64,000 nucleotides of DNA from Takakia lepidozioides (Eukaryota; Plantae; Bryophyta): positions 20,150,001-20,214,000 of the forward strand of contig CM060733.1 in assembly GCA_030704615.1 (NCBI GenBank). The letters are read 5' to 3'. The notes below the pieces were generated by a model, which saw only the letters and a program-made list of their open reading frames with translations, was not told the origin of the DNA and searched no databases. Of this stretch, positions 34,246 to 45,879 are shown piece by piece. Position numbers and translations under genes: made by a program. Each line of letters begins with the position of its first letter. Position 1 is the stretch's first letter.

Positions 34246-35351
34246 TGTCCTTGACAATTCAATATGCATCTCAGGGCCGAGTCTGATGAGAGGGAAAAAC
34301 AGGCTGAAATAGGTCAAAGAAGAAGGTACCCTCACCATATTCTCCAAGGCCTCTATACCATGCCCCTGCTGTGCACACCCTACAAGCATCATGTTCCACG
34401 TGATGAAAGATCGTTTTGGGGTTTAGAGCAACATAGTATCTTCTTACCATTATATCAATACCGTGGTTGGTAGAAACTAGAAACCCACCAAATGGCTCAT
34501 GGATTGTCATGAAGTACCTCACACCCAAAACACAACGTTTGGACAAGAGTACAGCTCTCTCTGCCCTTATGATCCCCTCAGTGTGGCTGGCAATTATTGC
34601 TCTTCACTCTTCCAGACGGGACCGCGTGCTTGATAAGCACCCTTCCACATTGAGGAGTATATTCTAAATGTTTGCACATGCAAGATCTCTGTTAAAACGT
34701 CACTCAGACAGCGCAATAAACTGAAAGAAAATAGACACACCAGGTATGTCAGAAACTTAAGCAGACAAGCAAGCTAATGGAAGGAGGAGAAGGGTGTCGA
34801 TTAAAATTTTGCATGAACATACATAGAACTTCTTGGACCACGATTTTCTGCTGGGATGGGTCAAGGACAATCTCAAGCCTGAAATGCTCCAATTCAAACA
34901 ACCCGGAAGAGCACAAATAGAGATGGACATTACCTTGCTTCGGTATCCCTTGAGGCCACCATCATAGCCATCAGTCAGAATGATTTGGGGCCCCGCATGG
35001 CCAAGCCGGGTACCCATTTCAGCTCCACAGACAAGCGCGTTAATCTGCTGAAGGATGTGAAGCTTCCCGCCCCCTCCCTGCAGGAAGAAGACATGGCATA
35101 GTCTTTCCGGCGAGCTCAGAGAACAGCACAGCTCGCTCCCATCCCCGGGACAGAGGGACCCTCCATCTAAAACCTCACGTGATGTGTTTCAAAGAAGAAG
35201 ACAATTGCCCTAGGCATTCAAAAACACCAAAAGTTTCTGCCAGAAGAGGCATTGTGGACTCCCTCTCTTGATCCTCTTCCAGAAGCTGCGGTCATGGTTG
35301 AGGTGCCTGATTTTATCAACTGTGCCACTGCAACTGCTGCCTTTGGCAATG

Positions 35352-35865
35352 CAACCATGCACCTCTTTGCATCTGGTAATCTGACAGGCATTCACCTTGG
35401 TACAATTCCAGCTCTAAAGATGTCGCCATGGACCTCTTTCCCATTTTCTAGAGCTGCCAGGGTAGTGTTCATAATAATATTTGGTACAACTCCAGCTTTG
35501 ATGATACCCCATGCACCTCTTTGCCCTTGTCCAGGGCTTGATGCACCCACATTTTGCATACATGTCCACCAGGGTATGGTTTAAATGACATTTGGTACAA
35601 TTCCAGCTCAACCATGCACCTCTTTGCATCTGGTAATCTGACAGGCATTCACCTTGGTACAATTCCAGCTCTGAAAATGTCGCCATGGACCTCTTTCCCA
35701 TTTTCCAGAGCTGCCAGGGCAGTGTTCATAATAACATTTGGTACAACTCCAGCTTTGATGATACCCCATGCACCTCTTTGCCCTTGTCCAGGGCTTGATG
35801 CACCCACATTTTGCATACATGTCCACCAGGGTATGGTTCAGATGACATTTGGTACAATTCCAGCT
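35352..35865. repeat. Near-perfect 257-bp tandem duplication in PPR coding sequence
   Basis: CAACCATGCACCTCTTTGCATCTGG starts at both 35352 and 35609. Confidence 0.9.
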
Positions 35866-37841
35866 CTGAAGATGTCGCCATGGACCTCTTTCCCCTTTTC
35901 CAGAGCTGCCAGGGCAGTGTTCAAAATGACAAATTTTGGTACAATTCCAGCTTTGATGACATGCACCTCTTTGCCTTTGTCCAGGGCTGCCAGGCTTGCA
36001 CAAGCATTGCAAATGCACACAAACTTGATGTGGCCGGGCTTCACCCCTTCCCCCATCATTTGATCATAGGTCTCCAAAGCATCAGTCCCACGTCCCTGTT
36101 GTGCATACCCTGCAAGCATCGCACTCCACGACACCACATCTCGTTTAGCCATAGTGTCGAAAACTCCCTATGCATCCTCAATGCATCCCCATTTGGCATA
36201 CATGTCCAGGTTAGGATAGTGTATCTGGTGCAATTCCAGCTTTGACCGATGTCACCATGGACCTCTTAATTCCCCTTTTCTAAGCTTGCACACGCATTGC
36301 AAACACATACAAACGTGAAATCATCCATGATGCTCCCCTTACCATACATGTTGACAAGGTTGTTGAGTAGAAAAACGTTCGGCGTGAATCCACTTTGGAC
36401 AATGTGAGTGTGCATCTGCTTTCCAACTTCCAGGCCTTTCATCTTGATGCACTTATGCAAGAGACATACATACGTATCTACATCTGCTAGTATGCCTCCT
36501 TGGTTTAAAGTCTGTAGAGCCTCTTTCAGTCTGCCTGCCTCATAAAGCATCTTCACATGCCCATAAGTGCCAGAAGAGGCATTGTGGACTCCCTCTCTTG
36601 ATCCTCTTCCAGAAGCTGTGTGTCGCGCACCTCACTTCGGTAAGCTCCCCCCCTCAAGTCATAGTTACTCGCTTTGATGCGCGCGCCTGACTCCCAACCT
36701 GACCGCCGGGCCAACTTGGAGCTTCGGCTGCTCACCGGGGCATAACGGTCCCCCTTTGTTCTCCCAAAGAACCCTCCACCTATTTGGAACCAGCGGGAAT
36801 TCCCTTTGGTAGTTGGCAGTCCGGAACAGCTCCCCACCGGGCTCCACCTAGTGAGCGCCTCCGCCTCCTTGAGTGCCTTGGGCACTCAAGGGTGCTTCAG
36901 CCCCCCATACCTATCGCTGCCGCTGCCCCCACCACAGGGGCAGCCCCTCATGTGTCCCGACCCCCTGCCCTCAAGGCAAAGGGCCGCGACACACACACCT
37001 AAACACAGGGAGTCGATGTCCTCATCGACTTGTCCATTTTGTAGAAACGAACATCCAAGTTGTGGCGTCCCACATCAAGGAGTTTGTTTCCGTACCATGG
37101 CGTCCCATGGCAAAGAACCAAACCCCACACTTGACTCTACTCTCCACTAGCTAGTTCGGCCGACTTCCTCCAAGTCCCGGCCAAGGGTGGAGCCTCTCCA
37201 GCTCCTCCCAGTGCACTCTTCTTGGCCTACTTCAAGGCCAAGGAACGATCCTCCCCAAGGATCGAATCGCCTTACTGCAACAACATTGCTTGCGATCGCT
37301 CATGATGCCGCTTTTGGCATCACCTTGAGCAAGGGTTCACCTGGAACCCTCTTTGACTAGGACGATAACCTTGAACCAACCGTGCGCCCCAATCACTGCA
37401 ATTGGGTCCGCCTTGGAATGCTGGCCTAAGGTACGGGAACACGCCGAAGCCGCACTACGACTTCGTCCCGAGGCTACACGATTATAGTACGTGAACGGAA
37501 GCACGTAGCTTCCGCGTTAGCCCGCACTACAAGGCAACCCCCTCGGTAGCGCAGTTATAGTACGCGCACGCGCCAGGTGCGCACTAGCACGTGAACTCCC
37601 AAAGAAGGCGCAAGTTTCCTTGCCCCTTGGATGGGGGTCACCCGATTTTGGCACTACGCAAACACACGATTAACCCAATCTACCTCTCCCACTTTTATAA
37701 GCTAGCATGCATTCTACACACTAGCCAACCATACCATGCATCAACATTCCAAACAAAATAGGATGTACAACATTTGGAAGCCATTTCATTTATAGCACGT
37801 TTTGTACAATACAAGTTTTTGCAATCGGATTACTAAGCTAG

Positions 37842-40800
37842 CTAAGCCGGGCTAAGCATGCATTTCCTCCCCCACGCTCCAAGGTTGATGTCCCCATCAA
37901 CGCTTCTTCCGCTTTTGAGGTCGCCCTTTGAAAACTGCAACCACCTCGGATGCGTTTCCCATTTCTGAGGCACGCACCCAAGATGCCTCCACATGACGAG
38001 ATACTCCGTTTCTCGGTTCTTGAACCTCCTCGACTTAAGTACTGCCTCCACCTCGTACTCAGGTTCATTTTCATGATCCAACAGCACAGGTGGCGGACGC
38101 AACACTTGATGCCGATTCGGGCGCGCTTCATCTTTGATGTAAGGCTTCAAAAGGGAGACATGGAATACTGGGTGCACTTTGCTGTTTGCCGGCAGCTCCA
38201 ATTCATACATATCCTCATTCATAACCTTCCGAATGCGAAAGGGTCCCGCATACGGAGGCACGAACTTCGGGCTCACTTCCGGAGGTAGTCAAAAATTCTT
38301 GATGTTCAACCAGACCTCCGTGCCTGCCTCAAACTTCACTTCCCTCCGCTTCCGATTTGCCTGCCTTTCATACCGTTTCCTAGCTTTGGCAATGTTGTAC
38401 TTTGCGAGCTTCAACAAACGCTCGCGTTCTTCCAGTACCGCCACTACTGCCGGTTCCTCAACATCCTGGGCGACCCAACTTGGCACCAGAGGTGCTTTTC
38501 CATAGACCAATACGAAAGGGGAAACTCCTGTTGCGGAGTGTTCTGTGTTATTATAACAGAACTCTGCCGCGTCTAAGTGTTCCACCCAGTCTGTTTGGTC
38601 TGCCGACACGTAATTCCGCAAGATCTGCTTCACTACGGAATTCACTCTTTCTGTTTGGCCGTCGGTCGTAGGTCGGAAGGCGGTGCTCATCTTTAGCCTC
38701 GTCCCCATCTTCTTCCAAAGTGCCCTCCAAAATTTACTCGTAAACTTTGGATCGCGATCCGAGACAATATCCTTCGGGACTCCATGATGCTTTAAGACGT
38801 GGGCAAAATAAAGTCATCCTGTCTCCTGCGCTATTGCCGTCTCCTTGGTGGGGATGAAATGGCCCATTTTACTAAACCTATCCACCACCACCATGATTGC
38901 ATCGAATCCTTTTGACAGCGGCATAACAGTCATGAAATCCATCGAGACGTTTCCCAAGTCCCCTCCGGAATCGGCAAAGGTTGTAACAGCCCTGCTTGCT
39001 TTCTGTACTCGCTCCGGTTTTGTTGGCATGTGGTGCATGTCTTGACATACTCCTCTGCCTCCTCCCTCAGTTTGGGCCAGAAATACTCTTTCTTCAAGAG
39101 TGCCGCAGTGCGCTTGGCTCCGCCGTGGCCCGCAAGCGGGCTATCATGGCATTCTCTCAAGAGGCTATCTCTGATCCCTCCCTTCGGTACGTAGAGACGC
39201 TTTTGCTTATACCGGAGCAGTCCATTTTGCAAGTGGAACTGCGATTTAACCCCCATCCTCAAGTCCTGCATCACGGACTTCGCCAGCTCATCCTTCCGGC
39301 AAGCCTTCCGGATCTTCCTTTGGAGCGCCGTCTCGCCTTTGTACACCAACAAGAGCTGCTGCTTTCTACTTAAAGCATCGGCCACCACGTTGTCTCGCCC
39401 CGGTTTGTACTGGATATCCACGTCGAACACCGCCAAAGTATCTTGCCACCTAAGTTGTTTTGGGGACAACTTGGGCTGCGTGGCAAAATACTTCACCGTG
39501 ACATTGTCCATGAACACCTTCACTGGGTTGGAACCAACATAGTGGCGCCAAAGCTCAAGGCAATACACCACCGCCTTCATCTCTTTTTCATGCGTCGGCC
39601 ACCGTTGCTCCACTTCATTCAGTTTCTTACTTTCGTAAGTCACTGGACGTCCATCTTGCATAAGTACACCCCCAACCGCGAAGTCCGACGCATCTGTATG
39701 AATCTCAAATGGACGATCGAACTCCGGGATTTTCAAGACTGTAGCTTCCGCCATCCGCTGCTTCAATTCAGCAAAAGCTTGGGCACAAAATGTGTTCCAT
39801 ACCCAGACTTTGGATTTACACAGAAGGTCCGACAACGGCCCCGCGATCTTGGCGAAATTTCTCACATACTTCCGGTAATAGGAGGCGAGTCCTAGGAAGG
39901 AACGCACTCCCAGGACCGAAGTTGGAGGCTCCCAGTCCAAGATCGCCCTCACATTTCTGTCATCCATTTTGATCCCATCCTGTGTAATCACATGCCCCAA
40001 GAACTCCACTTTCGTGACCCCGAATTCGCACTTTGAAGCTTTGGCATACAGCTTTCCTTCTTGCAATTTTTGGAACACCCTTTTGAGGTGCTCCAGGTGC
40101 TCTTCCTTTGTTTTCGAGTACACCAAGATGTCGTCGATGTACACGATCACAAAGTCATCCAACCACTCCTGAAAAAGGCTGTTCATCAGCGTGCTAAATG
40201 TCGCTGGTGCATTGGTGAGCCCAAAAGGCATCACCAAGAACTTATATGAACCATACCTTGTCCTGCACGTGGTCTTCTCCTCATCTCCTTCCGCCACCCG
40301 AATTTGATGATAGCCGGAGCGCAAGTCGATCCGGCTGAAATACTTCGCTCCTGCCAACCGATCAAAGAGGTCGTCGATCCTTGGCAAATGGTATCGGATA
40401 GTCACCTTATTCAGAGCCCTGTAATCGACACACATCCGCAGCGTCCCATCCTTCTTGTCTGCGAATAGCACCGGGGCTCCGTAAGGTGACTTACTCGGCC
40501 GGATGTACCCCTTTGACATTAGATCCTTGAGCTGAGTCTTCAGCTCGACCAACTCCCTGTGGCTCAACCGGTAGGGTGCCTTGGCAGGCGGTTCCGTTCC
40601 CGGTATCACCTCAATCTTGTGGTCAACTCCTCTTCGTGGTGGCAAGCCGCTTGGTAAATCCTCCGGCATCACATCCTGGTATTTCTCCAAAATCCCCTTG
40701 ATCCAATCTGGGCTCGACTCCCCATCGCCTTCTCCCTTCACTTCTCTAATGTAAAGCAAAAACTGGGGTTCGTGTGTCTCCTCCACGGCCCACTCCCTTG

Positions 40801-42422
40801 CTGACAGAAGGTTTATTCGCCCTCCCACGGATTTGGGCGTTTCCGACACTCGTAAGACCTCGCCACCATGGCAGCGTGACTACTCTCTTGCGGCCATCTA
40901 TGACCGCTCCGGATTTGCTCAAAAAGGTCATCCCCAAAATGAGATCTACTCCATCGATCTCGCAGATGGTGAAGTTCTCACGTCCCTCCCAACTCCCCAG
41001 TTGAAGAGGAACATCAAACGCCAACCTTGTCGCCAACTGTGGTTCTCCTTTGGCAGAACGCACCTCAATAGAGGCCCCCACGTCACTTGTCGGGAGTCCC
41101 AGCTTTTGTGCCGTTGCCGGTGTCATGAAGGAGTGCGACGCTCCTGTGTCCACCAACAACGACACATTAGTTCCGGATATTATCCCATCCACGAACAATA
41201 ACTGACTCCCTTTTCGTAAGGCGCCAGTTTCCTGATACAACTCACAAGAAAATTTGCCTACCTTGCAAGTCCTGGCGACCACCGCTTCCACCAAGCAACT
41301 GATGGTATCTTCCGATAGCTCCGTGGTCGCCCGAGTCATGTTCAATTGCCGGGGCTTCGTGCACTTCTTGGCCATGTGCCCGGGCTCCCCGCAATTGAAA
41401 CACACTCCATCAAAGGTCGCCTTTTGTCCGCCATAAGCCGCTCCACCCGCTTTTCCTTTCGAAGCACCGGGTGCCGCCTTGACGTGTGAAGGCCCTCCCT
41501 TCGATTTCCATGTGCCATTGTCGCCACGTGGCCTATCCCACTTCTTTTCCGGTCGGAAGGAGTCACCTTCCCGCCGGGTCTTCTTGTGGTTCAGCTCCGT
41601 ACGGCCTTGTCTCTCACCCCTAGGGACATCCGAGAAACATTCAGCCCTCTCAATTGCCTCGTTCAAAGTCTTGGGTGGCTTCTCCTCCAACTTCCGCCTG
41701 GCCCATGGGGCCAGTCCCGCCACAAAGTTGAAGACCATTTCTGGTTCTGCCATGTCCGCGACTTCGAGCAACAGCACATTGAAAGCCTGGACATACCCTC
41801 GAATGTCATCTGTTTGCTTCAAATTCCTCATCTTGTCCCGTGCAAGCCAGGACGCGTTGAGGGGCACAAACTGTCTCTTCATCAATTCCTTGAACCCACT
41901 CCAATTCAAGGTTTCCGGGCTTGGACCTCGGTCGTGAAGGCGTTTCTGCCACCATTGTTGAGCATAGCCCCTCAAATAGGTGGGAGCCACTTCCACCCGA
42001 TCCTCGTCACTCAACTTGGCCGCCCGGAAGTACTGCTCTAGCTCCAGGAGCCAGGTGTTGAATGCCTTCCGATTTCGGACGCCCTCGAAGGTGCCGGGTT
42101 CCTTAGGCTTCACCTTAAACTTTGCCTTAATGGAAGTGGCATTAGCCGCCTTCAACACGTCTTTCAACGTCCCGCCAAACTGCACCAACAACCCTTCCCA
42201 AAAGGCTGCCGGCATGGGAGGCATCTCTTGGTTTGTCGGAGCTCTCAAGGATTCCTCGGGCTCCGACTCCTCGGATTCCTCCCGCTCTTGAGCGGCCTCG
42301 TTTTCGGAAACATTCATCGCTTCCTCAAACGGCCGCCTCGGTGACACGTCGCCCCCATCGGGCTCACCGGGATCATCATCTTTTGGGCCGTTCCGCTTTC
42401 GCTTCGGCTTGCCCGACCCCAT
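37842..42422 (-). pseudogene. Chromovirus gag-pol (Gag, Zn knuckle, protease, RT, RNase H, integrase, partial chromodomain)
   Basis: [47 protein letters not shown]...CTTC, TDGQTERVN, GPFRI and YEVEAVLKSR...EYLVMWR. Several frameshifts. Confidence 0.95.
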
Positions 42423-42463
42423 GATGAGGCCAATCCCAAGGACGATCGCGTACTGAACTCTAA

Positions 42464-42475
42464 GCTCTGATACCA
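42464..42475 (-). promoter_or_regulatory. Primer binding site for tRNA-iMet
   Basis: TGGTATCAGAGC two bases inside the 5' LTR. Confidence 0.95.
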
Positions 42476-44479
42476 AGTGTCGCGCACCTCACTTCGGTAA
42501 GCTCCCCCCTCAAGTCATAGTTACTCGCTTTGATGCGCGCGCCTGACTCCCAACCTGACCGCCGGGCCAACTTGGAGCTTCGGCTGCTCACCGGGGCATA
42601 ACGGTCCCCCTTTGTTCTCCCAAAGAACCCTCCACCTATTTGGAACCAGCGGGAATTCCCTTTGGTAGTTGGCAGTCCGGAACAGCTCCCCACTCTTTGG
42701 TCGCTTTCCGGCTCGCTCGCTTACTCACTAGTTTTTGGTCACCAACGGGCTTGCACCGTTCTCGGGGTTACTACTCCCTATATATACTTCTGTAGCTGTC
42801 CACGGGGGTTTCATAACCAGCCATGCCATTTTATGGCGAACCACCACGAAAACCCTCGACTCCCGGTGATGAGTCGCGGTGAGTCTTGGCCCGCTCACCA
42901 CGGCCCCTAAGGACCGTGATGAGTCCCAAGACTCCCCACGACTCCCACCACGAGGTCTCCGCCCCCATGGTGAGTCCTATGCCACCCCCACTAAGTCCCG
43001 CTAAGCTACCACCACCCCTTGTGGAGCCACCCCCACTGCAACCCGGTGTGCGGGGCTCCACCTAGTGAGCGCCTCCGCCTCCTTGAGTGCCTTGGGCACT
43101 CAAGGGTGCTTCAGCCCCCCTACCTATCGCTACCGCTGCCCCCACCACAGGGGCAGCCCCTCATGTGTCCCGACCCCCTGCCCTCAAGGCAAAGGGCCGC
43201 GACACTGTGGTCATGGTTGAGGTGCCTGATTTTATCAACTGTGCCGCTACAACTGCCGCTTCCAGCTGACCATCTACCCATGGAGGTTTCTTGTAGCTAT
43301 CCTTCACAAGGAACCATAGGTAATCTGGAGCTTGAAATCTGACCCTCTTGGATGAATATGGACCCAAACTCTATCCTGCTCCTTCAGCTATCATTGCCTC
43401 TGCACGCATCATGCCCCCGTGTTGCCCCCTTTTACCAGGCAACAGGTTCCCAACCAGGGCCTCATGAGAAACGCAATATTTCTGTTTTATGTTTATGGTG
43501 GTAATGACAACCATCCTTGCCTTGATGCCAATGCGATCATCACACTCCACCACTCCACATCTCGCCACAGTCGAACACTACCTTTGCATCTTCAATGCTC
43601 CCGCATTCGGCATACATGTCCACCAGGGCGGTGTTCAGAATGGCAAACCCTACAATTCCAGCTTTCACGATGTCACCATGGACCTTCCATGTCACTTCCA
43701 GGTGGAGGCAGTACATATTAAAATATCTATTCCCCCAAGGCCTGTTCTTGTGAAACACACGTCAGTAAATGTGCCCCCGAATCACGGGTGCAATCAATGC
43801 GCAGTGGTTCATGGAGTCGTTGAGTCGACTACATATTCAATTTAATGAATAAAATATCTTTATTCCATTAATCGAATTAAGAATGAATATTTCTAGTCGC
43901 ATGTGCAGTAATTAGAACCACTTGTAGTTTTCGTTTTTTCAAATTTATGTATTTACGCAATTAATTAAATAGTCTGGATTTTTGCTACGACTCCGGAGTC
44001 GTTGACCGCACTTCTGTCCGCCGTCTGAAATGCCCCTATGGGCCCACATTGTCCGTTTCGACTTTCCAGTAGTCCCACTTACTGCCAAGTGGTTCCCGGA
44101 GTGGTTGGCGGACACCCAGTCGATTCGGAAAAGACACGAATGCTTCTAGTGTCCGTAACTGCAACCTTAAGTCCAGCAAACTTAGAGGTATGAGATGCGT
44201 CTCGTGGTTGCTATGCCGCAACCTCATGAGCAATACTCCCTGCCTGCTCAGTCAATGACAAGGCCTCATCCTGCCCCATCATCTCATCCTTGAGGACCTC
44301 CTCAACCCGAGAAGAATCCCCAACCTCCTCCATCACAGCCGCCTTGGCTGCCAACTCCCTCTGAACCTTGAGCACCTCCTACGTGTGCCATGGATGTCTA
44401 CACCCCGTGGTCCTCACCGGCTCGCCCCCACTCAATGCATGTACCGTCTCGGTAGGCAGAGAGACCGTCGAGGGAAGTG

Positions 44480-45470
44480 TACTCCGCACTCTACGTTGCT
44501 CAGCCATAGCCAAGCTGATAATCCAGGTCAAGCAATTGAGATCCATCGCTTGCCCCAACACCTGACGGCGTGATGCGTCAGAAAGAAAAGGCACCGCCAT
44601 GGTCCCAGTGGAAAGACCCATAGCCCGCTCTCGCTCGTCGGCATTAGGCTCCACTAACTGCTGCAGCTGAGCATCCCACAGGAGGCCAGGTCCACTATCC
44701 CGGAAAGCATGCGATCCTGGGAAGCTGAGCAGTGTAGGTAGTGTTGCTCGTGGTTGACCCACCTTGTTGACAACTGCCAAAGGCGGACGGTCATCGTGTC
44801 TCACACCCTGAGACTGTCTCCTCGTGTCCAAGATGCTATCCACTATGAGATATGCTAGCCACTGCACCCCATCAAATGCACGCTTGAGCAGTGCGGGTGG
44901 CATCAAGTTAGTCCACCATAGCCGTGAACGATGAGCCCGTGACCCCACTGCAGCTGCATCCAGCAACACTACTGACCCAAGCCACGACCGGACTTGATGC
45001 ACACTGGCCATCACCTTGGCCCGAGAATCGCCCATCAGTGGCACATTCTCCAAGATGTATGCTGGAGATACAACTTGATGAAGCTGTAAGAGGCGCAAAA
45101 CCCGCACCATCTCCCAAACAGACCCGACTTCGAGTCTCGCAATCCATTGTCATGCCCGGCTGATGAATGTCCTTGGCAGGGCCAACCTGCCACTACCAGA
45201 TTAATGGAGCCAACCCGCTCCAAATCTTGCGCCCCCAACAACGGAATGTCTGCTGGCAAGGCCTGCTGATATCCACGAATTGCAGACACCGACAACAACT
45301 CAGGGTACTGCTGCACCAACTGAGCAACATGATGGAGTGAGATGTGTCGTGTAGTCTCATCCCTCTCCATATACAAGTAATGCCGTACCCATACATCTGC
45401 CTGTAGCATAGCAGCCAATCCGGTGCTGATCCCACCAAACAAGTCCAGAAGGCAAATGCCTTCATCCGGA
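44480..45470 (-). pseudogene. C5-cytosine DNA methyltransferase domain (DNMT3-like, non-permuted) within the retrotransposon pol; one frameshift at about 45118
   Basis: Motif I LLDLFGGISTG, II YMERDE, IV LVVAGWPCQG, V GLRDSKSGLF, VI ILENV, VIII RAHRSRLWWTN, IX ERERAMG and X RRQVLGQAMD. Confidence 0.93.
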
Positions 45471-45879
45471 CACTGCCACACGATCGGTGTGGTGTCCAAT
45501 GGTGACAACTGAGGTGGTCCTGGTGCAATCCCCGCACTGTCCTCCTCTCCTGATGGTACAAAAGCCTCTACCCAGGTTTGTTGCACACGATAATCAGCAA
45601 CTCACTGCAAATCCTTGCTCGAGCCCCAGAATGGAGTGTGAGCAACCATGGTAGGCAACTCCGCCATACCATACATGTCATCCTGCTCTCCCGGAGATGA
45701 CACATCCTCTGAATGAGCATTGCCCTCCAGCAAACTCTCCAGACCAACTCACTGCAGCTGTGAATGCTGCCAGTGTCGGCATCTTGCCTCGCTGGGCAAC
45801 TGCAACTCCTCCGATGAACGTCACAGGGAGCTGCACACGCCGGCCCTCCCCTGACTGCCATCCAATGCCTATAGGAAGC

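Larger units (their letters stand above)
36621..43204 (-). mobile_element. Full-length Ty3/gypsy chromovirus, frameshifted. 5' LTR 42478-43204; 3' LTR 36621-36991, internally deleted.
   Basis: TG...CA LTRs, TSD CTGTG (36616-36620 and 43205-43209), tRNA-iMet PBS, and all gag-pol domains. Confidence 0.97.
35230..43700 (-). pseudogene. PDF-PPR (PLS-class) pseudogene copy B, split by the chromovirus; parts at about 43700-43205 and 36620-35230
   Basis: PDF exon at about 43360-43270. The linker continues across the CTGTG TSD into VKMLYEAGRLKEALQTL...GKQMHTHIVQSG...NMYGK and DVVSWSAMLAGYAQQG. Paralogous to 56330-57900. Confidence 0.85.
32432..44151. mobile_element. Non-autonomous CACTA (Pack-CACTA) element carrying host gene fragments
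   Basis: Perfect 19-bp TIRs CACTAGAAGCATTCGTGTC / GACACGAATGCTTCTAGTG and a 3-bp TSD TCC (32429-32431 and 44152-44154). Removing it rejoins the host pol sequence (..KVAVTEDNWEPDIGP..). No transposase was seen. Confidence 0.93.

Noticed and set aside
38179-42424. Numerous plus-strand ORFs over the chromovirus
   Set aside because: These are antisense shadows of the GC-rich gag-pol frame.
44480-45470. Host DRM/DNMT3 gene or bacterial restriction-modification contamination
   Set aside because: It is intronless, non-permuted and collinear with the gag-protease and RT of an LTR element, with no neighbouring bacterial genes.
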